This document shows, piece after piece, positions 28,280-38,200 of a stretch of 64,000 nt of DNA (its first letter is position 1; each line of letters opens with the position of its first letter). Source of the stretch: Candidatus Latescibacterota bacterium (GTDB lineage Bacteria > Latescibacterota > UBA2968 > UBA8231); contig OZ244561.1 of NCBI GenBank assembly GCA_965217585.1, positions 4,224,001-4,288,000 of the forward strand, written 5' to 3'. A program made the position numbers and the translations under genes. The notes under the pieces are model-generated. The model did no database searches, was not told the origin of the DNA, and saw nothing but the letters and a program-made list of their open reading frames with translations.

Positions 28280-28783
28280 TTAAAGCCCCAGAATTTCGCG
28301 CGTTTTTTGCGGCAGCGCTCGCCAGTTGGCGATCAGATAGCGGTTGCCATCGACATCCTCGATGATGGTCCGGCCGCCAGAGAGGATGCGCACATTGGTG
28401 CGGTAGCTGCGGATTTCGAGTTGGCGGGGGCCGCTGGTGGTTTCGATCTGGCCGCGCAGCACCCCGAATTCCTCGTCGAGGTTGTTGAAAGCGAGAACCT
28501 GCGGTTGAAAGTAAATCTTGTCGAGCTCGTCTAAGAGCACTTGGCGACTTTGGTCGTCGAGCTGCTGCGGGTCTTCGATTAGGCCGAGTTCTTGGTCTTC
28601 GGCGGCAGAGACGCCGATATAGCGGTCGGCCTCTTCTAATGGGAAGGCGAGGCGGATCTTGAGGTCAGTGTATTCCTCGCCGTCGAGTCTGAGGATCAAG
28701 CTGCCACGCTCGGAGCGGCTGAAGCGCATCTTTTGCGGGTCGAGCAGAAAATCCTCGTAGGAATAGCCGCGTGCTTCGCTCAT
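28280..28783 (-). CDS. DUF1854 family protein
   Basis: RLAFPL..RYIGV..ELGLIED..LD..SRQVL..EL..YFQP, ETTSGPR, IEDVDGNRYLI; ATGA overlap with the ABC gene. Confidence 0.8.
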   Translation of the reverse strand: MSEARGYSYEDFLLDPQKMRFSRSERGSLILRLDGEEYTDLKIRLAFPLEEADRYIGVSAAEDQELGLIEDPQQLDDQSRQVLLDELDKIYFQPQVLAFNNLDEEFGVLRGQIETTSGPRQLEIRSYRTNVRILSGGRTIIEDVDGNRYLIANWRALPQKTREILGL

Positions 28784-31071
28784 AGTGCCCGTACTTTCGC
28801 CATTTCGGTTTGCATATTGACCAGCCGGCGATAGACGCCGTCCTCCATATTGAGCAACTCTTCGTGGGTGCCGACCTCGGCGATGCGCCCTCTTTCTAAC
28901 ACCAGCAGTCGGTCGGCGTTTTTGAGCGTCGAGAGCCGGTGGGCGATGGCAAAGGTGGTGCGCCCGGTGACTAGCCGCTCAAGCGCCTCTTGGATCTCGA
29001 ATTCGGTTTGGGTATCGACCGAGGCGGTGGCCTCGTCGAGGATCAGGATGCGCGGGTTGCCGATCAGGGCGCGGGCAATGGAAATGCGCTGGCGCTCGCC
29101 GCCGGAGAGCCGACCGCCGCGCTCGCCAACTTGGGTGTCGTAGCCATCGGGAAAATTCATGATGAACTTGTGGGCATTGGCCGCGCGGGCCGCCTCGATG
29201 ACTTCTTGGCGCGTCGCGTTGGGGTGGCCGTAGGCGATATTGCTGGCGATGGAGCCTTGGAAGAGCAACGGCTCTTGCAAGACCACGCCGATTTGGTTGC
29301 GCAGCGCCTGCTGTTTGAGCCGGGTAATGGGCTGGCCGTCGATGCGGACTTGGCCGTCGGTGGCGTCGTAGAACCGCGAGATGAGGTTGACCAAGGTTGA
29401 CTTGCCAGCGCCGCTGGGGCCAACGATGCCGATCATCTCGCCGGGTTGGGTCTTAAAGTGGATGCGGTCGAGAATGCGCGCCGAGCCGTCGTACGTGAAG
29501 CTGACGTTGCGGAATTCTACTTCGCCTGTAAGCGGGCCGGGGTCGATAGCGTCGGGGTCGTCTTGGACTTCGGGCTCGGTGTCGATGATCTCGAAGACGC
29601 GCTCGGCGGTCGTCGCTGCGGTCTCTAGCTGCTCGGTGAGGTTACACAGCGAGCGCACGGGCGCGTAGAACATGACCATGTACGAGATAAAAGCCTGCAA
29701 GTCGCCCAAGGTCAGCGTGTTGCTGAGTACCCGGTTGCCGCCAAACCACCACAGGACGATCGAGCCGACCGAGGTTATAAAGGCGATCGTCGGGATGTAA
29801 TAGGAGCGCATCTTGAAGGCGGTCATCTGCGAGTCGCGCAGGTCTATATTGCGCTCGTTGAAGCGGTCGAGCTCGCGGTTTTCTTGGGCAAAGGCCTTGA
29901 CGACCTTGACGCCGGGGATGGAGTCGGCGAGCATGGAGTTGAGGGTGGCAATGCGGCGCCATATCCGGTGGAAAATCCAGTGGATGCGGTTGCGGTAGAT
30001 GATGGTGCCGACGATCATGAAGGGGATTGGGATCAGCGACAAAAGCGCCAATTCCCAATTCATTACAAATAGCATCGTGCAGATGCCGATGATGGTCAGC
30101 CCGTCGATGATAATGTCTTGGAATCCCGAGGTGATAAAGCTGCGCATGCGCTCGGTGTCGCTGGTAACGCGAGTCATGATCCGCCCAGTGCTGAGCTGGT
30201 TGTAAAACGTCAGCGACAGCAATTGCAAGTGTTGGAAAATTTGCATCTGCAAATCGTACACGACGCGCTGGCCGAGCCACCCTAGGGCGTACATCCGCAC
30301 GCCGCTGATGATGCTGCGGCCGATATAGATACCGAGCAGGCCGAGCACTACCCACAGCAGGAGTTGGACGCTCCAGTCAGGGGCCGAGGTCGCCTCGCCC
30401 TCGATGATACCCGCTTTCTCGTATTCGACGAGGACAGGGACGATGAGATCGTCGATGAGGATGCGGTTGAGCTGGGGCGGCAGCAGGCCGATGGCCGTCA
30501 GCACAATCGTCAGTGTGAACCCGAGCAGTGCCTTGCTTTTATAAGGCTTGATATAGGAAAACAACCGCCAGAAGGTCTCGGTCTGGCGCAAGCAGTTGGG
30601 GCAGACTTTGGAGCCGGAGCGGAGGGCGCGTCCGCAGGTGGAGCAGTGCTCTACTACTTTGACTGGATCGACCTGCGGCGGCCCGTCCTCTTCTGCGTCT
30701 TCTTCCTCGACCAAGCCAGCGCCTTCAATGGCTTGGGGCACGCCGGAGAATTTGTAGTACGCACTCTGCGAAAAGCGCAGCAGCTCGACGGTCTCATCCT
30801 CCAGCTCGACGACGAGGGCACCGCTGCCCACGTAGTTGCGGGTCTGGATGCCTTGCACTTCGTCCAAACCGAGGCGCACGGTCTCGGGCTTATCTGCGCC
30901 ATTGGGATGAAAGACGAGCATCCGCTCGTCGGTGAGCGCAAACCAAGAGTCGCCGTACTGCCCGTCGGGGCGAATGTCGGCGGCGAGAAGGACGATGAGC
31001 AGCTCACCGGGTTGCAATTCGCTGCGAATATGGGGCAATAGGCGTTCGGGTATAGGTTCGACTAGGTCCAA
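28780..31071 (-). CDS. ABC transporter, fused permease/ATPase, with N-terminal PH-like domain and CxxC..CxxC ribbon
   Basis: [30 protein letters not shown]; 6-TM domain; CSTC..CPNC; TTG start. Confidence 0.92.
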   Translation of the reverse strand: MDLVEPIPERLLPHIRSELQPGELLIVLLAADIRPDGQYGDSWFALTDERMLVFHPNGADKPETVRLGLDEVQGIQTRNYVGSGALVVELEDETVELLRFSQSAYYKFSGVPQAIEGAGLVEEEDAEEDGPPQVDPVKVVEHCSTCGRALRSGSKVCPNCLRQTETFWRLFSYIKPYKSKALLGFTLTIVLTAIGLLPPQLNRILIDDLIVPVLVEYEKAGIIEGEATSAPDWSVQLLLWVVLGLLGIYIGRSIISGVRMYALGWLGQRVVYDLQMQIFQHLQLLSLTFYNQLSTGRIMTRVTSDTERMRSFITSGFQDIIIDGLTIIGICTMLFVMNWELALLSLIPIPFMIVGTIIYRNRIHWIFHRIWRRIATLNSMLADSIPGVKVVKAFAQENRELDRFNERNIDLRDSQMTAFKMRSYYIPTIAFITSVGSIVLWWFGGNRVLSNTLTLGDLQAFISYMVMFYAPVRSLCNLTEQLETAATTAERVFEIIDTEPEVQDDPDAIDPGPLTGEVEFRNVSFTYDGSARILDRIHFKTQPGEMIGIVGPSGAGKSTLVNLISRFYDATDGQVRIDGQPITRLKQQALRNQIGVVLQEPLLFQGSIASNIAYGHPNATRQEVIEAARAANAHKFIMNFPDGYDTQVGERGGRLSGGERQRISIARALIGNPRILILDEATASVDTQTEFEIQEALERLVTGRTTFAIAHRLSTLKNADRLLVLERGRIAEVGTHEELLNMEDGVYRRLVNMQTEMAKVRAL

Positions 31072-31290
31072 AACGGTCCTATCCTATTGTTTTGTTTAAA
31101 CCGCGATTTGTATTGGGGGGAGGAGTGAGGCTCCGAGGTGGGGCGGGAGACTATCTGGGCGTCACTGTTTAAAAAGTTAAGGGTTTTTAGCAAAAGGGCA
31201 AACTCGGTGCGGCCCAAGCGAGTTTGCCCGATGGTTATTTAATGGTTGTATTGAAAGCTCACGGCAAAGCAACTGAAAAAGAGGAAGGCT

Positions 31291-32295
31291 ATGGCTATTA
31301 GCCAAGAGGAACTAAGGGGGCGGTTGGCCCAATTGCCGCGGTTGCAGCTCGCGTCTTTGCCCACGCCCTTGGAGGAATTAAAGCGCCTCAGCGCCCACCT
31401 AGCCGGCCCGCAAATTTGGGTCAAGCGCGACGATTTGACCGGTTTGGCTTTCGGCGGCAACAAGATCCGCGAGTTTGAATACCAGATCGCCCAAGCCGTA
31501 GAGCAGGGCTGCGACGTGCTGGTACACTCGGCCGCCGCCCAGTCGAATCAATCGCGGCAGACGGCCGCAGTGGCCGCAAAATTGGGGCTGTCTGCGGTGG
31601 TCGTTGGCCGCGACGACGCCCACGCCCAGACGCAGGGGAACCTGCTGTTGACCCGTCTCTTTGGCGCGGAGGTGGACCTGCCAGCGCCCGAGAATCAGTC
31701 GCGAACTGTGGCCGAGAAGATGTCCGCGCTGACCGCGGCCGGCCACCGCCCCTTTCACACCAGCTCGGACGCGCGCATCTTCCGCACTGTAGCGTACGTC
31801 GATGGGGCGTTGGAACTATTGGCCCAATGCGAAGAACAGGGCGTTGAGCCAGCGGCGATCTATCTGTGTTCGGGGGCGCATACCCACGTGGGCTTGGTGG
31901 TGGCGTTCAAGGCGCTGGGCATTGATATGCGGGTGGTGGGCATCAGCCCCTCGCCGCGCGACGATCAGCAGGCGGCAAAGGGGCATCTTGCGCTGGGGCG
32001 GGAATGCGCCGAGATCCTGGGACTAGACCTATCGCTGAAGGTGGAGGATTTTGAGAGTTATGCTGCGTTTGTCGGCCCGGATTACGGCGTCGTAACCGCC
32101 GACAGTCGCCAAGCACTGCACTTGGTGGCACAGCAGGAAGGGCTGTTACTCGATCCTTCCTATACCAGCAAAGCCATGGCCGGGCTTTTGGCGCATGTGC
32201 GCGCTGGTTGGTGGCGTCCTGAGCAGAGCCTTATCTTTCTCCACACTGGCGGTACGCCCGCGCTTTTTGCTTACGCCAAAGACTTGGGCTACTAA
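31291..32295 (+). CDS. D-cysteine desulfhydrase / ACC deaminase family PLP enzyme
   Basis: PTPLE, WVKRDDLTGLAFGGNKIR, QSNQ, GNLLL, EGLLLDPSYTSKA, FLHTGG. Confidence 0.88.
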   Translation: MAISQEELRGRLAQLPRLQLASLPTPLEELKRLSAHLAGPQIWVKRDDLTGLAFGGNKIREFEYQIAQAVEQGCDVLVHSAAAQSNQSRQTAAVAAKLGLSAVVVGRDDAHAQTQGNLLLTRLFGAEVDLPAPENQSRTVAEKMSALTAAGHRPFHTSSDARIFRTVAYVDGALELLAQCEEQGVEPAAIYLCSGAHTHVGLVVAFKALGIDMRVVGISPSPRDDQQAAKGHLALGRECAEILGLDLSLKVEDFESYAAFVGPDYGVVTADSRQALHLVAQQEGLLLDPSYTSKAMAGLLAHVRAGWWRPEQSLIFLHTGGTPALFAYAKDLGY

Positions 32296-32298
32296 CTA

Positions 32299-32595
32299 AT
32301 GCACAATCCTCCGCATCCAGGTGGAATCGTACGACGGCAGTGTCTGCAGCCGCTTGGTCTGTCCGTGACTAGGGCGGCGGCGGGTCTGGGCGTAACCCGT
32401 CAGGCACTGTCCGATCTCGTAAACGAGAGGAGGGGCATCTCGACCGAAATGGCCATTCGCCTGTCCAAGGCGTTCGGCTCTACGCCGGAAACTTGGCTCG
32501 GAATGCAGATGGCCTATGACCTCTGGCAGGCCCGCGAACGCGCCGAGCATATTGAGATCGAAATGTTTGAGATGCCGGCGACGACGGGCCGCTAG
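32299..32595 (+). CDS. higA: HigA-family addiction-module antitoxin (HTH)
   Basis: MHNPPHPG..LGVTRQALSDLVN..GISTEMAIRLSKAFGSTPETWLGMQMAYDL. Confidence 0.92.
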   Translation: MHNPPHPGGIVRRQCLQPLGLSVTRAAAGLGVTRQALSDLVNERRGISTEMAIRLSKAFGSTPETWLGMQMAYDLWQARERAEHIEIEMFEMPATTGR

Positions 32596-32628
32596 GGTAT
32601 AGGAACTCCGCAGAAAGGAGCTTATATC

Positions 32629-32805
32629 ATGTCCAACGATCAGCAACATGAAGCGAACATCCGCGAAGTGCAACGCAGCTTATATGGCCTTATGAATAGC
32701 ATAGCGTCGGATAATCTAGGGGATAAGGACGAATGTTTAGAAAATCTTAGGACTGCTGTAGAATATCTTGGCTGGGCGATAGATAAGTTGAAAGAGGACG
32801 ACTAG
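32629..32805 (+). CDS. Small acidic hypothetical protein (58 aa; absent from the supplied ORF track)
   Basis: RBS AGAAAGGAG 8 nt before ATG; MSNDQQHEANIREVQRSLYGLMNSIASDNLGDKDECLENLRTAVEYLGWAIDKLKEDD*; AT-richer than its neighbours. Confidence 0.6.
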   Translation: MSNDQQHEANIREVQRSLYGLMNSIASDNLGDKDECLENLRTAVEYLGWAIDKLKEDD

Positions 32806-32814
32806 TTACTAATA

Positions 32815-34302
32815 ATGCAACTTCCCACCCCCGATCCCACCCGCTTCAAGCGGCGCAAAGCCCTCATCGGCCTCCTGCGCGAACACTTGCGCGCCGATCA
32901 GATTATTCATCACCGCGAGGACGTAGTCGCCTATGAATGCGACGGCCTGTCGGCGTATCGCCAGCGGCCCATGTTGGTCGCCTTGCCGGATAGCACTGAG
33001 CAAGTCGCGGCCGTACTCCGGTCTTGCTCTGAACTCGACATTCCCATCGTTCCTTGGGGTGCCGGTACCGGGCTTTCGGGGGGTGCCCTGCCGAGGGAAG
33101 ATGGAGTCGTGTTGAGTACGGCGCGGATGCGAGCGGTTCTCGACATCGACTTGGAAAACCGCACGGTGACTGTGCAGCCGGGCGTGACCAACCGAGCCGT
33201 GACCGAAGCGGTGGAGCAGAGCGGCTTCTACTACGCGCCCGATCCTTCGAGTCAGATCGCCTGCTCAATCGGCGGCAATATCGCCGAGAATTCAGGTGGG
33301 GTACACTGCCTCAAGTACGGCACGACGACTAACAATCTGCTCGGCTTGGAGGTAGTGTTGGCCGACGGCGAGGTGGTGCGGGTTGGGGGCAAGGGAATGG
33401 ACCAAGCGGGCTACGACTTGCTCGGGCTACTGACGGGTTCGGAAGGCCTGTTGGCCATTACCACGGAGGCCACGCTACGGATCTTGCCTAAGCCAGAAGT
33501 GGCACAGGCTGTGATGGCCGTGTACGATTCGGTCGCCGCGGCTGGGCAGGCGGTGGCCGAGATCATCGCCGCGGGCATGGTGCCGGCTGGCATGGAAATC
33601 ATGGATCAGCTATCTGTTGAAGCGGTGGAGGGTTTTGTCGGCGCGGGCTATCCACTCGGGGTCGCGGCGCTCTTGCTGGTTGAATTGGACGGGCCGCAAA
33701 GCGAGGTCGAGTGCCAAAGCCGCGTGCTAGAATCGCTCTTGCAGCAGACCGGCGCGACCGCGCTTTCCCGCGCTACAACCGAGGCCGAGCGGCAAAAGCT
33801 GTGGGCCGGCCGCAAAGCGGCCTTTCCGGCGATGGGCCGGATTAGTCCCGACTACTACTGCATGGACGGGACCATCCCTCGGGGCGCGCTGCCGCAGGTG
33901 CTAGAGAGAATCGGCGAGCTGTCGGCCGCGTATGGCCTGCGGGTGGCTAACGTCTTCCACGCGGGCGATGGCAACCTGCATCCGCTCGTGTTGTACGATA
34001 GCAATGTCGAGGGCGATCTGGAGAAGGCCGAGTCGCTAGGGGCCGAGATTTTGAAGCTCTGTGTCGAGGTGGGAGGTGTGTTGAGTGGGGAGCATGGGAT
34101 TGGCATTGAGAAGCGAGATTTAATGCCGTGCATGTTCAAGGACGCGGATTTGGACGCCCAGGAGCAGGTCAAGGTCGAGTTTGACCCGCAGCAGGTATTG
34201 AATCCGGGCAAAGTGTTCCCCACCTTGCGGCGGTGCGCTGAGGGCGGGGCCATGCACGTGCATAGAGGCGAGGAAAAATTCCCGGAGTTAGAACGGTTCT
34301 GA
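32815..34302 (+). CDS. glcD: Glycolate oxidase subunit GlcD-like FAD-linked oxidase
   Basis: AYECDGLSAYRQ, GAGTGLSGGALP, YAPDPSSQIACSIGGN, ENSGGVHCLKYG, YYCMDGTIPR, NVFHAGDGNLHP, GEHGIGIEK. Confidence 0.88.
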   Translation: MQLPTPDPTRFKRRKALIGLLREHLRADQIIHHREDVVAYECDGLSAYRQRPMLVALPDSTEQVAAVLRSCSELDIPIVPWGAGTGLSGGALPREDGVVLSTARMRAVLDIDLENRTVTVQPGVTNRAVTEAVEQSGFYYAPDPSSQIACSIGGNIAENSGGVHCLKYGTTTNNLLGLEVVLADGEVVRVGGKGMDQAGYDLLGLLTGSEGLLAITTEATLRILPKPEVAQAVMAVYDSVAAAGQAVAEIIAAGMVPAGMEIMDQLSVEAVEGFVGAGYPLGVAALLLVELDGPQSEVECQSRVLESLLQQTGATALSRATTEAERQKLWAGRKAAFPAMGRISPDYYCMDGTIPRGALPQVLERIGELSAAYGLRVANVFHAGDGNLHPLVLYDSNVEGDLEKAESLGAEILKLCVEVGGVLSGEHGIGIEKRDLMPCMFKDADLDAQEQVKVEFDPQQVLNPGKVFPTLRRCAEGGAMHVHRGEEKFPELERF

Positions 34303-34313
34303 GGAGGCGATTC

Positions 34314-35042
34314 ATGGCTACGGCTTTTGCCCTAGTGGGCGACCGCTATCACACGTCTGATTACATCCGCACGGCTTTGGGCCGCACTTTGGTCCAAGGC
34401 ATAGGCTTGTCTGTTGATTTTACCGACGAGCTTACGCTGCTCAACGCCCAACATCTGTCGAGCTACCGGCTGGTAATCGTCTTCCGCGACGGCATGATCT
34501 GGCCCAATGGCTACGGCCTAGAGGCTGCGCCTGTCAGCGAACCGCCCGTCCAAGCCGAGGAATCCCGTCCCGTGCAGTGGATTACCGAGGACCAAGGCCG
34601 CGCCGTGCGGAGCTTTGTGGAGGCGGGTGGAGCAGCTCTTTTCTACCACAATACCACGTACATCGCCCCGGGCAGCAGCGACTTCCGCCACGTGCTAGGT
34701 GCCGCGACGCAAGGGCACCCGCCGGTGCGTCCCTACCGAGTGCACATCACGCGCACAGACCATCCCATAACGCGCGGCGTGGAGGACTTTGTCGTCGAGG
34801 ACGAGCAGCACTTCATGCACTACGACAAGGACCCAGCCCATGTCTTGGCCGTCAGCATCAACGACGACGGGCACGTTTGGCAGGACTCGGGCACCACTTG
34901 CGAGGCGGCTTGGGCTTACGAGTACGGCGCGGGCCGGGTGTGCTATCTATCGCCGGGACACACCATCCCTGCGCTGTGGAATCCGTCCTACGAGAAGTTG
35001 CAGCAGAACGCCGTGCGCTGGCTGCTGCGCGACGCCTTGTAG
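34314..35042 (+). CDS. ThuA-like (class I GATase-like) domain protein
   Basis: FVEAGG..FYH, GHPP, HPITRGVEDF..EDEQH, AWAYEYGAGRVCYLSPGH, NAVRW. Confidence 0.82.
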   Translation: MATAFALVGDRYHTSDYIRTALGRTLVQGIGLSVDFTDELTLLNAQHLSSYRLVIVFRDGMIWPNGYGLEAAPVSEPPVQAEESRPVQWITEDQGRAVRSFVEAGGAALFYHNTTYIAPGSSDFRHVLGAATQGHPPVRPYRVHITRTDHPITRGVEDFVVEDEQHFMHYDKDPAHVLAVSINDDGHVWQDSGTTCEAAWAYEYGAGRVCYLSPGHTIPALWNPSYEKLQQNAVRWLLRDAL

Positions 35043-35273
35043 AGGTGCTCGGCAGCTAATGATAATAGGGATCGACGGGTTTTTGGGGAATCGCTATGCC
35101 GGACAAAGTGGCTGCCGACATCGTCCGCGTCTATTAGGTAAAAGAAAGGCGTGTTCTACACGCCGTTTTTTGACACTTCAAGAGCATCCCCAAGCACATT
35201 TTTAAGAGGCTGAATTGCTATCTCAGTGCGGACGAATTCACTCATCGCTTACCATTCATAACTCACCACTAAC

Positions 35274-38200
35274 ATGCAATCTTTAGCAGAGAAACTGGAA
35301 GTCAGCCGGTCGGAATTATTGGATATGGGCCTGCGTGGCAATACGCTGCTCAACTTTCGTCCCGGCGCGAAAACGCTTGAAGTGATCGACGAGAAGTCGA
35401 GAGAGGTGTTTCGGATATTGGTCGCTGAGCAAAAGCCCATGGCATTTATTCCGGTGCCCGCGTCGCTGGAGGACGAAAGCGAGCAGCAAGCACTGCACCA
35501 AATTTTGGAAGACCAGTACGCAGACCGCCGCCATACCGACAACCGCCTGCAAACCAAACTCACCGCGGATGCGCTGGATAAAAGCCTACTGAAGATCAGC
35601 ACGGAGGCCGAAGGCTACTACCAAGAGCAGGGCGTTGATCTTTTGTATTTGGCCTTGGGTTTCTTGACCTGGTATGAACACGAAAGCTCCTCCACGCCCC
35701 GCAAAGCACCTCTCGTATTAGTGCCGGTCGCTTTGGAGCGCGGCAGTGCGAGAGCGCGCTACAAGGTGGCGTACACCCAGGCTGATCTCGGCCCGAATCT
35801 GACGCTTGCCAACAAATTAAAAAGCGAGTTCGAGATAACGCTGCCGGAATTCGGGGAAGAGTTAGACATTGATGAGTACTTAAAAGAAGTGGCCGGTAGC
35901 GTGGATCACCAGCCGCGCTGGCAGGTGCAGGCAGATGAAATCGCGCTCGGCTTTTTTTCTTTTGGCAAGTTTCAGATGTATCAGGATTTAGACCCGGATA
36001 ATTGGCCCGAAGACCACAAGCCCTACGACCACGAGGTGTTGCAAAGATTGCTCGACGGCGGATTTGAGGGCGTCGGCGATGGATTACTCTCAACGCCGAG
36101 TGAAGAGACGTCATCCGAGTTGCTCAATCTCACGGATCTCCACTTTGTGTTGGACGCAGACTCCAGCCAAACGCAAGCAGTCATGGCGGTGAAGCAAGAC
36201 GCCAACTTGGTAATTCAAGGCCCTCCGGGCACGGGCAAATCGCAGACCATTACCAATATTATCGCTGAGGCCCTTGCCGACGGAAAAACCGTGCTCTTTG
36301 TAGCCGAAAAAATGGCTGCCTTAGAGGTGGTAAAACGTCGCCTCGACGAATGCCACTTGGGCGATGCCGTGCTGGAACTTCACAGCCATAAGAGCAATAA
36401 GAGTGCCGTTCTGCAAGAATTGAGGCGCACGTTGGAACTCGGCCCGCCGGCCGTGGAGAATCACGCAGCCAAAAAGCGTCGCCACACCCAGTTACGCGAA
36501 CAACTCGATGCGTATTGTGGCGAGGTGAACCGCTCCATTCTGACTTCGGGAACGAGCTATATAAATGCCCAAGGACACCTCTTGAATCTGAGAGAAGAAG
36601 CTGGTGAGCGCGAACTGCCGGCCTTGGACTTTGCCGAGTTCCGCCATTGGGACGGGGATGCTTTTACAAACGCCTGCGCGAATGTGCGCGAACTGGTTGA
36701 ACATTTAGAGGCGATGGGCACTCCGGCCCAGAATCCTTTTGCCCAATCGACGCTAGAGCACATCTCACCGATTGAGCAAAACGAGGTGGTTACTTGCTTG
36801 ACTAAAGCACTCGCATCGCTCAGCGACTGCTGGAAATTGGGTGACACCCTGTCCGAAGAGATGGGTCTAGACGGCCCAGAAAACCTCGCCGACATGAGGG
36901 CCATTTGCCGCGCTGGCGAGCGCGTGCTGAATGCACCGTCCTTGGAGGGAGTACAGCTAACCGCTTCGGATTGGAAACACCGCGGTGAGCAAATCGAGGC
37001 TCTGATCCAAGCCGGCGAAGAAATGACATCGTTGCAAGACAAGCGGCGCGAGCAATTGATCGAGCAGGCTTGGCAGGCCAACCTGTTGAGTGTGCGCCAA
37101 GCGTGGGCCACTACGGGCCGTCACTGGTGGCGTTTTATTTTTCCCAGCTTCCGCCGAGCCCAACGCACTCTGCAAGGTTTGGTGAAAGGCGAACTGCCAG
37201 CCGGTGCGGAAGCATGCGTGGCACTCATCGACGACATTCTCAAATACCAAGCCCTGCGCGAGCCATACACCGAGCACGAGTGCTTGGGCGAAAGCCTGTT
37301 GGGGATACAATGGAAAGGGCCGCGTAGCGATTGGAGTTCACTGAAGGTACTTAGTGCCTGGGTCGTCGAGTTGTACAAAGAAGTAGGCGAGGGCACGGTG
37401 CCGGAAGGCTTGCTAAAATTCTTGGAGAGCGGCAGAAAACTCAAAGGCGGCGAGGAGCAGTTGGAGGGGCTTGAGCGCACCGCTGGCGAACTGAAAGAGC
37501 TAATCGACGAGGTGAGCCAGCGTTTGGGGATGGAAGCGCGATCCATTGAAGAGCAACCGTTGGGCGCAATGGAAGACGAGCTCAATCATTGGCGCGACCG
37601 AATCGGCACCTTAGAGCAGATGGCGCGCTATAACCATCTGAGAAAAAAACTTTGCGCCAGCGAGTTGGAACAAATCGACCGATTGTCTTACGACTGGACA
37701 TGGCCACCAGCTTTGTTGCTGACATCCCTGAAGAAAGCCTATTACGAGGGCTTGGTGAATGAGGCGTATAACAAGAGTGAGACGCTCAAGCGGTTTAATC
37801 GGATGAGCCACGAAAGCGCCATCGCTGAATTTAGACGCTTAGATGAAGATCTGTTGTATCACGCCCAAGAAGAGTTGGTCTTGAAACACTACCACAGCTT
37901 GCCGGCGGCCAACGCCGCTGGCGAGATGGCGATTATTCGCCGCGAGATAAACAAGAAGCGCCGCCACATGCCGATTCGTCGGCTAATCACCCAAGCCGGC
38001 CGCGCGATCCAGCAAATAAAGCCCGTGTTTATGATGGGCCCTATGTCGGTAGCGACCTACTTGGAGCAAGGGGCGCTGGACTTTGAATTGGTGGTATTTG
38101 ACGAAGCTAGTCAAGTGAAAGTAGTGGATGCAATCGGCCCGATTCTGCGCGGTAAACAGGTTGTGGTGGTTGGGGACACGCGCCAGATGCCGCCGACGGA

